A stretch of 64,000 nucleotides of DNA. Origin: Eledone cirrhosa (lineage: Eukaryota). Every line of letters begins with the position of its first letter. Position 1 is the stretch's first letter. Below, one piece after another: positions 53,190-64,000 of this stretch. Made by a program: the position numbers and the translations under genes. The notes beneath the pieces were generated by a model. That model had not been told where the DNA came from and did not search any database. It worked only from the letters and a program-made list of their open reading frames with translations. Location of the stretch: NCBI GenBank assembly GCA_964016885.1, contig OZ024745.1, positions 126,852,001-126,916,000 on the forward strand, in the 5' to 3' direction.

Positions 53190-53429
53190 GTAATATTTTA
53201 TCTTATTTGTTATTGTTTTTCTTTGGAAAGATTGGGGAGCATTGAAGGGAGAAAAGATTATGCAAGGTTACTGCTGTTAATATTAAATATAAAGGAAAAC
53301 AAAAAAGCAGTGCACCACAGTCGATTTTCTTTTTTATCTCATAAGGTCAATAACATAAATACTAATTATGTACTAGGATTAATTCAATCAACTATACTTC
53401 TTTTAGACTCTAAACTCCGCCAGTTGCAG

Positions 53430-53850
53430 ACTGCGCATCAACACGAGATATTTTTCTCCCCAAAGTTTGATCACCAGCAGCAGAATTTAAAGAGCAAAGA
53501 TGAAGTCCAGTCCATAAGTTGACATTATCAAGCCATCGTTTTGGCTGCCAGCCTCTGCTTGTCTTACCAGCCAACCTTCCTTCCAGGCACTACTCACACC
53601 ACAAGTTGATCTTTTTATATGACCGTATAGTTTGAGTACTCTTGACTTGACGATTGATGTAATTGGTCTTAAGTTTGGTCATGTTGAGCAGCTCACTGAT
53701 ACAGATATGGTCGCTGAACTGCTTGCTAGTCATGTCTCATGATAAGGTTCTGGAATGTAGAGAGCTTTTGAAGTGACCTTGTCGTCCAATTAACACAGTC
53801 AAGACCATATAACCCATACTGCTCCCATTATAAAGGTTTGATTTTGTGCC
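53430..53850 (-). mobile_element. RTE LINE 3' fragment
   Basis: Encodes LYGLDC...KSRVLKLYGHIKR...EGRLAGKTSRGWQPKRWLDNV. Confidence 0.75.
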
Positions 53851-54268
53851 CAGACATAGAAGTCACTAGCTAAAAGTTTGTTTAATTTTAGATACCTGTA
53901 ATTTCAAGTTTATGGTCTTTAGTAATCATTAAATTGATTACTAAAGAAGAATATATATGACTATCCAAAAATTAATAACTATTCAGCTTGTATAAATCCC
54001 TATTAATACCTTAATGATATATTTCATATAAATTTGGGCATGCCTTAATTTATACTCTTCCTATACTAATATATGTCCCCTAAGGATACCATTTGATCTA
54101 TTCTATAAGAATGACTATCAGAAATTATCAATTAAGCTTTACATTGAAAATTTTCAAAATATTATCTTGTCAAAAAAAAGGGGCAACCCTATGAACATCA
54201 TATGTGTTTTCAAATGTTAAGATCAATGTTATTGATAGTAAACTTGAATATGCTGTTGATGTCCAAGC

Positions 54269-54471
54269 TTAACCCTTTAGTATTTAAACCAGCCAGAATT
54301 CTTTCACCTCTTTCTGTTCACGGCTGCTCATACTGGTGTTAAGGTATTGTTCTCAAAATAAACAATATCAAAATCTCATAGCTTCATTATTATGTGGGAT
54401 AATTATGTGAGATAAAGTGTTTACTGCAAAAATACAATAGTAAATAGAGTAATGTAAATGCTAATGGTTAA
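54269..54471 (+). mobile_element. piggyBac-type MITE family 1
   Basis: TTAA-bounded with family TIRs. Confidence 0.85.
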
Positions 54472-56123
54472 ATTCATAAGGAAAATATAGGGAAGAATTT
54501 CTAGATGTCAACAGTTCAGGGAAGAAGGATTGACCAACATATTTAGCTCATGATTTGAGAAGTGAAATATAGTAGGGATGGTGAGAAAAAGAGTAATCAG
54601 TGGATTGAATGATTAGGGTACAGTTAATACCCCCTTCGGACATGAATGACCATGGGATTTACACCTAGAAAGTTCCCCTCCAAGGCACAAGTCCAGGCAA
54701 GGTTGTTTGTGGAAGACCAGTAGTCGCTCATGCATACCAGCCTCCCCTCTCCATGCCACTGATGTCCAAGAGAACAGCTTGGCACAGTGACATCGCAACT
54801 CATTTCTACAGCTGAGTAAACTGGAGTAATGTGAAATAAAGTGCCTTGCTGAAGAACACAATGCATCACCCAGTTGAGAATCGAACTCACAATCTCACGA
54901 TTGTAAGCTCTAACCACTAAGCCAGGAGCAGAAACTATTGTAACTGCAGTAGAAGAGACAATGGATCTATAGAATAACATATTAGGCAATGTGTTTTTGC
55001 CAATCTACCTGATTAACTTTTTTTTATGCAGTCAAGGATGCTTGTGAGTGCAGCAGCAGCTCTGCTCCTCATATGCAAGCAGTTCTCTTATGTGGGTTGT
55101 TTTTCATCTATGTGGAATGTCTGTAACTGATCCAGGCTAAAGTATTTTCTTAGCCTGGAGAGAAAAACAGTTTTAAACATATAATATGTGAGGTCATTAT
55201 CAAAGCTTTTGAGGCCTAACAGTTGTCATAATTTGTAAAGTTGTATTTGGTAACATGATACCCTGTGATACTTGGTCATCGTGTTTTTAAAGGTATTTTT
55301 TCATAGAATTAGTATAAATATTATGTGAGGTGTGCAAGTTACATGTGAGGTATACCTGTGTAGAGTGGTAGGTGAGGGAAGGAGTGATGAGTGATGGGTG
55401 ATAAAAGGAGTGGTGGGTGATGGGAAGAGTGATAGGTGATAGGAGGAGTAATAGGTAGTAACATCTGCATATGTGTGTGATTAGAAGTGAGAACAAGATT
55501 ATTGATATAAAAAGGTGTGCGAGAGACATATCTAGAGTCGATAAATAAACAGAGGGAATTTCAGTTTGTTGTTAGCTTGGCTAAAACTTACAACTAGACT
55601 AAAAACAGATTTTCATTGTATAACAAAATAATTCTGAATTCAAATCCTACCAATGTCTACTTGCCTTTCATCCTCTTAAGGTTTATACAATAAAGTACCG
55701 CTAAAATAATCAAGTTTTCCCCCAAAATTGCTGGCCTTGAGCCAATAGATAATAATCATAAAATAATAAAAAAATTAAGGACAATCTCAATCATTGTTTA
55801 TTGGTAAAAATGATTCTTCCAACATACAAAATATTATTCTCCTAAAATGTCTAAATGAAAAAAAAAATTGTATTATTTTATTTTTTTTCAAATATATTAT
55901 ATTTCTTGTTAAGAGGATTTTACATAAACTATTTTGTCCAACTTAGTTGTATTCAGTTGCAACCTTCACAGCTACCTATGCTTTTTAGGTTTTGAAATAA
56001 AAAAAAAATACAGTTGTCCCTTGCAATTGAGTATGACTTGGTAGCATGTACCATGCTTTCACTAAAGGTTTTAGGTGCCTATACAATCATGAGCAGACAG
56101 ACACTTTCTCAACCCTCCCACCT

Positions 56124-56516
56124 TTAACCCTTTAGCATTTAAACTGGTCATATTCTCACACCTTTTTCTGTTCAAACTGGCTGTAACTGGCTGCTCATAC
56201 TTATGTTAAGATATTGTTCTCAGCGCAAATAATATCAACATTTCGTAGATTCGATACTATGTGAGTTAATTATGAGAAATGAAGTGTTTACTGTGATAAT
56301 ACAATAGTAAATATAGAATAATTGTTTCTACTTTTGGCACAAGGCCAGCAATTACTCCAGTACATTACTGGTACTTTATTTTATCGACCCCGTAAGGATG
56401 AAAGGCAAAGTTAACCTCGGCGGGATTTGAACTCAGACCGCTGAAAAGCATGGTGCCCGACTCTCTACCGATACTGCCAATCCACCGCCAGAATAATGTA
56501 AATGCTAATGGGTTAA
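56124..56516 (+). mobile_element. MITE family 1 interrupted by SINE-A (56323-56489, minus strand)
   Basis: SINE flanked by 8-bp TSD agaataat (56315-22 / 56490-97). MITE TTAA ends intact. Confidence 0.88.
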
Positions 56517-56731
56517 TCCAGTGGAACACACAGGGTGTGGCAGCTGGAAGAAGAGATGGTTGCATCAGCAATAAACTAGTACTTTCTTTACCAATCTCAA
56601 AAGGATAAAAGGCAAAGTAAACTTTGGCAGAATTTGAACTCAAAAAAGCCTGGAACAAATATTCAATGACTCTGCTAAATCAACTGCTTCAGTTATGAAA
56701 TATTCTAATATATTTTCTTATTCATTTCTAG

Positions 56732-56809
56732 GATGTATTGACTGATCTTAAAGCTGAGTCTACTATGCTTCCACTCGAACCTCCTATTGAAACTTGGCTT
56801 GGTCATGAG
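56732..56809 (+). CDS. DAGLA: DAGLA internal exon
   Basis: tttctAG / GAG|gtaaga. 78 nt encoding DVLTDLKAESTMLPLEPPIETWLGHE (cf. DALTDL...WLGHK). Confidence 0.95.
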
Positions 56810-57888
56810 GTAAGATCATCTATCTTAGTTTTACACAATTTTAAAATCTAATGTCAAAAATAAATTTTCTTTTCTTAAATTCATAATTCATTTGTATTGC
56901 TGATTTTTTTTCGCTAAAAATGGTCATAGAAATTTCTAGAGGCAAGTCAACACACTCACAGCATTACCGCGGGTGATGGCAAGGCTAAAGTGCTGAAACA
57001 ATCAAGCTCCCTTGCAGGCATCATCTGACACCTCAGTAAGGTGAGCCACTAACAATGACAAAATCTTTGCTGTCAGCTCCCCCAAACGTCTTGTATACCA
57101 CAGGCTGGAAGAAATGGTTATTTGATAATTCCCAGAATTTTAGAATTTTAGTTTACTTAGAATAGAATGTAAAAGCTCATAAGTTCATTTAAATTGAAAA
57201 TCATTTCAAAAAATTAAATTTATAACACATACCTGTGCAAGTTTAGCTGGCCTCACAGAAGGTTGCAAAACATAGGAAGTTTGTCAGGTGTTTCAATGAT
57301 AAGGGCCTTAGTCCTACAATGAAAAACAATATGAAATGAAGCATCTTATTCAAGATCACAATATGCCACCCAGTTCAGGAATCAAACCCATGACCTTATG
57401 ATCATGAGTTCAAGAGCCTCACATATATTAGACAGAATATATAAAAATATAATGTTAACTTTTTTTTTGTGAAAGTAGTATTAAGGTCACATTTATTATT
57501 AAAATGTTCCATTCAATAATTTGACACATTATTTTACCTAATTATCCATTTTCTTATTCAGCATATAAATCTATTTAATTAGATGTAATAAACTTAATCC
57601 AAATTTATTTTACACTTTCAACAAATAATACCTGAAATATTTTTAGCTAGCTTAGGTTATTCCTTATCACTATCTAACCAAAATAGACATTAAATGCTGT
57701 GATTGCTGCACTACACTGACCTCATGTAACCACTGGAAGGCAAAAGTGCACATAACAGACTGAAATGGAGCATATCTAGCAAGTAAGATATATGAACTGA
57801 AAAGTGACCAGAGCTACCATGAAAAGGTGGCTAGGGCTACTCAACAACAAGAACTATTTGATAGAAGAGGAAACATCAAACTTTATAA

Positions 57889-57925
<37 letters not shown>

Positions 57926-59749
57926 ATAGATACCAAATATTATGGGAGTGTTACCTACTATAAATTAGGGTTCTATCTAGTGGGGAAGCTTCATCTTTAT
58001 TCAACTTAAATTTTCAAGAAATTGGATTTAGTACCCTAATTACTTAATGTGATAACATCATCATCATCGTCATATCCATTGCTGCTGCTGTTGTTGTTGA
58101 TAACATTACTGTCGTTATCCTTGTAATAACAAGTACTCTTTAACCCATGCTAGCATGGAAGATAGACGTTAAACAATGATGATGTTATATAACTTAATTA
58201 TTCCAGTTTTCAATTGAGTTATTCAACTGACAAGTTGTATTCAATAAAGAAGTTCAGTAATAGATAAAAGAACCCTTATACTAAGTGAAATTCCCAAATC
58301 ACAGACTTTAGCACTGTATGTCTAGATATATTTTAATTATAATGCCTGAAGCAAAGGCTGATAAATGTCATGACAAGTACTATTCTTCAAACATTATCTC
58401 TATTGTCCAAAACTTTAAAGATCAGCATAGTTAGCCCTTTTGTTACAATATCTCTAATGAAATACACTGCTTATAATTTTGAAAATAATTTTGAAAATAA
58501 TCAAGAATTTGGAGAGATTTAATAATTGTTTCTACTTTTGGCACAAGGCCAGAAATTACCCCAGTGCATTACAGGTACTTTATTTTATCGACCCCATAAG
58601 AATGAAAGGCAAAGTTAACCTCGGCGGGATTTGAACTCAGAATGGCAAAGGCCATAACTCTATGCATCAAAGCATGGTGTACGATCCTCATATAACATTT
58701 TCATATGAATTGGCAGTATTGGTAGAGGGTTGGATGCCATGTTTTGCAGCATAAAGTTACGGCCCTTTATGGTCAGAGTTCAAATCCTGCTGAGGTTAAC
58801 TTTGCTTTTCATCCTTACGGGGTCGATAAAATAAAGAACCAGTAATTCACTAGGGTAATTGCTGGCCTTGTGCCAAAACTAGAAATAATTATTAAACTGA
58901 TGTTTGGAACATGACTTAAAAAAAGTTTTTAAAGAAAATTATGATGGAAGATTACAAAATAAATGTGATACAGCTTTGTATCATAGAACCAGACGCAGTT
59001 TTAGTTGGTTTAGTATGAAAAGAGTTAACTACATCTAAGTATATATAGCATTACAGAAGGCGACAGATTGGCAGAATTGTTAGAGCATCAGACAATGCTT
59101 TGCAATATTCAGTTTTATTCCTTTAGATTCTGAGTTCAAATCTCACCAAGGTCGATGTCACCTTTCATACCTCCAAGGTAGATAAAATTGCCAGTCAAGT
59201 ACTGGGTTTGATATAATCAATTTTCTAAACCCCCCCAAAAAAAACTTGCTGGCATTGTGCAAATGTTAGAAACAATTATATATGTCACTGCAGTGCCTCT
59301 GTTGCCAAAATAAATTAACTATTTGTAAACAAGTTATATATACTTAGATTTCAGTTTTGATCAATCCAATAATATCTAAACAATTATTTTATTGTTTACC
59401 CTTTTTACACTGATTCAGTGTTTCGTTTTTTTTTCTGTCCAACATTATATATACAATTTCCAAATTCTTCACAATGAAAGTTTTATGAACAACCATTAAC
59501 TTTATCTATGAACCTGATGACTAGCTTAAATTAGAGGCAATAGTTGACTAGATGTATAAAAAGATTTTAAAAAAAAGAAAAATTACTTTTATTTATCTTC
59601 AGCTTTCAGACTAAAGGCTATAGAGAAGGAGGGGGCAGGATAAAGTTACTCAAAGTTTGAACATTTTAGATTTAATTATATGCATATCCATGACAGTGTT
59701 TGCTTTGTGAGTGATGTTTGAGAGGTAGAAACTGTGCAGAATCCCATGG

Positions 59750-59754
59750 TATAT

Positions 59755-59813
<59 letters not shown>

Positions 59814-59958
59814 CATACACACACACATATATATACATATATATATATATGTATACATATATATATTATATATATATATATATATACACACATATATATA
59901 TATATATATATGTATACATATATATATTATATATATATATATGTATACATATATATAT

Positions 59959-59991
<33 letters not shown>

Positions 59992-60065
59992 GTATACATA
60001 TATATATTTATATATGTATATACATATATATATTTATATATATATATATATATTTATATATGTAT
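59750..60065. repeat. Degenerate (TA)n/(CA)n tract
   Basis: Directly visible. Source of the YI-repeat ORFs. Confidence 0.95.
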
Positions 60066-60382
60066 ATCATCATCATCATCATCATCAACGTTTAACGTCC
60101 GTGTTCCACGCTTGCATGGGTTTGGACGGGGGTATTCCCACTTGAGGCAAGAGTGATTGTCTTGCTCGCATAGGACTGTATATATATACATATATAAATA
60201 TATTTATATATATATAGTAAGGTGTATTATTGGTTGTTTCATACGGTCCAATAAACTTTTAGCAATATTAAGTTCTCCACGCTTCTGTATATCTCCAATT
60301 CCATTTAAGGGAACAGCTAGATGATGTAAAGCGGAGAATTTGTATCAAAATAAAGGTCTGAAGGCATAGTATAAATTTCCAA

Positions 60383-60470
60383 TCATTTTAATCACAACAC
60401 GTTTCAATAAGAGATAGATCGATCGTGTGGTCATGATCGATTATCACTGATCTCATCAGGTGAATAATGA
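60383..60470 (-). ncRNA. Type I hammerhead ribozyme motif
   Basis: Minus strand reads tcattattcac CTGATGA gatcagtgataatcgatcatg-acca-cacgatcgatctatctcttatt GAAA cgtg TT gtgattaaaatga. Stem III looks like a CpG-decayed ACGCGT palindrome. Confidence 0.8.
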
Positions 60471-60513
60471 ATTGTCTTCAAATCTTTGATATGAGGGAGG
60501 AAAAACTAACAAT

Positions 60514-60560
<47 letters not shown>

Positions 60561-61376
60561 AGGGGCTTGATAACTTGATAAAGTGTATTTAGAAATAAAA
60601 GGAAAGCACACAATCAAGAAACAGGTCCCCTCTTCAGTTGTCTGCTGGAGGTCTCGGACACACACAATCATACATATATGTATATAAATACTGGTCCAAA
60701 CCTTTCAAAGTTAACACACACATATATACACACATATATATGCATGTGTCATCATCATCGTCGTTATTTTAACATCTGCTTTCCCTGCTAGCAAGTGCTG
60801 GACAGTCTACATAAACCACGTGAGTACTGAAGTGGAGCTACTGATCTCCCAGACAGGCCAGGGATATGGGCCTCGCTTATGTACAGTCTCACATTTCCCC
60901 AAATGCACAGGAGAAGTTGTCATGTCTTTGACACAACTGAGGGTCCTGCCAACTCTTTGTTTGGAAAGATTTATATGCCTGGATGCCCTTCCTATCATCA
61001 ACCACTTTACAGCATGTACTGGGTGCATTTATTGTGTAAGTCACCAAATACTAGTGAGGCTGTCATGTCATTGATACAACTGAAGGGTCTTCCCGACTCT
61101 TTGTTTGACAAATTTTCTAAGGCTGAATGTTGTTAATGTTATGATTAACAATATTAACCCTTTAGCATTTAAACTGGCCGTATCTGACCAGAATTCTCTG
61201 ACCCTTTTCTGTTCAAACTGGCTGTAACTGGCCGCTCATACTGATGTTACGGTATTGTTCTCAAAATAAATAATATCGAAATCTCTTTGATTCAGTATTA
61301 TGTGAGATAAGTATGTGAGGTAAAGCCTTTACCATTCAAATATCATAGTAAATATAGAGTAATGTAAATGCTAAAG

Positions 61377-61928
61377 TTGTTCACGAGGTTTATGAAAACG
61401 TTTATACAGTCAAGTATTTAGTTTAAAGATAACATCTAGGAAATGTACTACTTTATTATTGATATCAATAGTTATAGTTAAGTTATACTCTTTAAAATAC
61501 CTATGTAAGTGTTTTGTAGTTCTTTCTAGGTTTCTACTATTACTATTAATTGTGAAGAGGGTATCATCATGATATAAGCCTCGGTTAAAGAAAGGGGAGA
61601 TGTTTTTTAGTTTACTTAGTAAGAAAAGACCTACTAGGTCAGTAACCTGAGTAAAATCATTTGATCCCATAGTGATATCAAAGTTATCAGGGCGATTTTT
61701 TTTTTTTTTTTCTGGTCCATTGGTTTCCATCAAACTCAATTATAGTCTTCCTTGCAGCAAGGGTGGTGTAAATTTCAGCATTAGTTAAGCTACTTAAACT
61801 TTTCAGCATAATGAAAGCCCTGTTCGGAAGGTTAGGGGAGATGGAAGAATAATAATTATTTATATCGAACTGTATAAAGTTCATTTCTTTTTTGTCTTCA
61901 AGTGTAGTGAATCAATTTATTACCTCCA
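61377..61928 (-). mobile_element. Penelope-like element RT fragment, bracketed by MITE-1 copies 61154-61376 and 61929-62128
   Basis: Encodes FIQFDINNYYSSIS...FDITMGSNDFTQVTDLVGLFLL...GLYHDD...VHFLDV (PLE RT motifs), with a frameshift in the poly-A run. Confidence 0.85.
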
Positions 61929-62384
61929 TTTAGCATTTAAACAGGCCATATCCAGCCAGAATTTGTTCAGTGCTTTCTGTTCAAAACTAGCCACTCATAC
62001 TTATGTTAAGGTATTGTTCTCAAAATAAATAATATCAAAATCTCATAGATTCGATATTGTATGAGATAAAGACTTTACCATGAAAATACAATCGTAAATA
62101 TAGAGTAATGTAAATGCTCAAGGGTTAAAATGGTTTGTCAGCTTGCAGTTTATTTCAATCTTAAGTGATAATGGTAAGTATACCATCTGATTCATCTGAT
62201 AAGAGTTTACACTATTTATTCCTACACAATGCTTTCTTGCCCAATTCTTACATTTATGTGCCGTTTTTCGCCACACAACTCACCTAGGTTATCCTTCTTT
62301 TTCTTTTTTCTTATGTTTTCTTATTATCTTTGAATATTTGCTTATGTAGTAGCATAATGGGACTAAGTGATTCACCTAATTAAG

Positions 62385-62508
62385 CCATGTTTTCCTGATG
62401 AGATTATGTGAAAAGTTTATACCATATAAATAATTAATTATGTGATTAATTAATTCATATGATTGGAACTATATCTCTCTTAATTGAAACAGTTGGAGAA
62501 ATATATGG
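62385..62508 (+). ncRNA. Degenerate hammerhead ribozyme motif
   Basis: ccatgttttc CTGATGA gatta...(long AT-rich stem II)...taatt GAAA cagttg GA gaaatatatgg. The conserved U16.1 appears to be replaced by G. Confidence 0.55.
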
Positions 62509-63685
62509 TTTTAATTGAGTAACAACTTTGATTATTCCTTCTGAATTGAATATTTATGTTCTGTGATTTTCATCATCTTCAACTATTAGTATCATACCCC
62601 ATGGAGTACACCCGGAGTTTTGATTCCTGCATGCTTTGACCTGAATAATACGTAGAGCTTCAACACACCTTCTTAAAATACAAGTGGGTTTTTCCACTTT
62701 CAGTTACTCTCTTGAATATATCTTCTCTTCTTCTTCTTCTTTGCCCACTTATTTCTAAGAGGGTCATGAGAGCAGAGTTCTCAAACAGTCCTTTCAGTGG
62801 GTCCTGTCAGAAGCAACTATCTCCAACTGATCCGGCTGTATCCCCAAGCATGACCAGCTAAGCTCATGGATGCTATCCAACCGCCTTGTTTGGGGTCTAC
62901 CCCTGGATCTCCTGCTGCTTGGTTTTGCTCATAAAATCTCTCCAGTGGTTCTTTCCTGAGACATTCTAACCACATGCCCATATATATCATCTCCATCATC
63001 ATCATAATATATATAGAGAGTATATAAAGCACCCAGCACTCAATGTAAATGAGGTTGGTGTTAGGAAGGGCATCCAGCTGTAGAAATCAAGCCAGAATCA
63101 GTTCCCATATGAGCAAGGCATGGTCAGCCGACTGGACACTGCCCACAACAGGACAACCCGTCTAATCCATGCTAGCGTGGAAGAATGGACGTAAAACGGT
63201 GATGATGATGATATATCATATCATCATTTATATGTGTGTGTATATGTATATGTGTGTGTGTGCGTACAACCATATATGTGTACACTAGTAGAAACCAGTG
63301 AGAGAAATTACATCCTTTTGTGTTAAAAAAGTAACTTAAGCAATCAATTAATCAATTTATATTTTACTATTATTATAGTTAACTGCATTGCGGCAACTAT
63401 ATTTTCAAATTTCTCTTTGCTTCATAAATCAACCAAGTCTTGATTACACTTCTAGTGTCACACTTAAATTTTCTAAAGTGACAGTAATTGACTAAGAGGA
63501 ACTCTTTGGCATAATAATTAAACCCATTCTCTTGGTGTACAAGAGATGCATGGTTCCATTCCCTGCTGGCGCCTTTGTTCACTTCTTTCCAACTCCATTG
63601 TTACTTTACCCAATTTATTCAAATATTATTATATTTGTAAGTCAAGGGATTATCTTATATAATTTACAAAATCTATTTCTTTTAG

Positions 63686-63766
63686 GGAATGGTTGATGCA
63701 GCACAGTACATTCAGAAAAAATTAGTCGAAGAAAATATCTTGTTGAAAGCATTTAACAGTGATTTA
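63686..63766 (+). CDS. DAGLA: DAGLA internal exon; gene continues beyond window
   Basis: cttttAG / TTA|gtaagt. 81 nt encoding GMVDAAQYIQKKLVEENILLKAFNSDL (cf. GMVLSAEYIKKKLEQEMVLSQAFGRDL). The GHSLG exon is expected next. Confidence 0.94.
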
Positions 63767-64000
63767 GTAAGTATCATGATTATTGTTCAGTTTGTGTATA
63801 ATTTCTGCCAAGCTTCTTGAGAAATGAAGAAATCATTGTTATTATTTAAACTACATTCCATTTTTTTTCTTTGAAAAGAGCTCCTGGCCTCAAAATATCA
63901 TAAAATATAAAATAAAAGTCTATACCATTGTTTTGTTTTATATCTATCTTTCACACAATGGATAACAACAAACAAGTTTTCAGTACCAGATTAATTCAAA

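Noticed and set aside
53166-53522. 118-aa ORF starting in the RGT exon
   Set aside because: It is read-through past the donor at 53189 into intron and RTE sequence.
60557-60660. CTGAAGAGGGG on the minus strand
   Set aside because: No closing stem II or GAAA.

Overview
AT-rich, microsatellite-rich eukaryotic genomic DNA, probably octopus or another coleoid cephalopod (inferred from the SINE families and repeat landscape, not confirmed). The window lies inside one + strand gene, a diacylglycerol lipase alpha (DAGLA/inaE) orthologue. Eight GT-AG exons (10719-10890, 21730-21814, 43245-43379, 47238-47440, 52570-52714, 53106-53189, 56732-56809, 63686-63766) splice in phase into ~327 uninterrupted codons. 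These run from the last TM helix into the lipase-3 domain; the start and the catalytic GHSLG exon lie outside the window. The introns hold two tRNA-derived SINE groups, three TTAA/piggyBac-type MITE families, a Tigger-like MITE, a non-autonomous Helitron, and fragments of RTE, Penelope-like, CRE, R4/Dong and Ingi/Vingi-like retroelements. Nearly all ORFs in the supplied track are repeat artefacts. The most notable non-gene signal is five type I hammerhead ribozyme motifs with unrelated sequences, mostly next to (TA)n tracts. The best-preserved ones are antisense to the host gene and the sense ones are damaged. Other highlights are a ~130-bp duplication around a SINE, inverted SINE pairs (possible ADAR substrates), a 17-unit VNTR grown inside a SINE, and a MITE-bracketed Penelope RT fragment.
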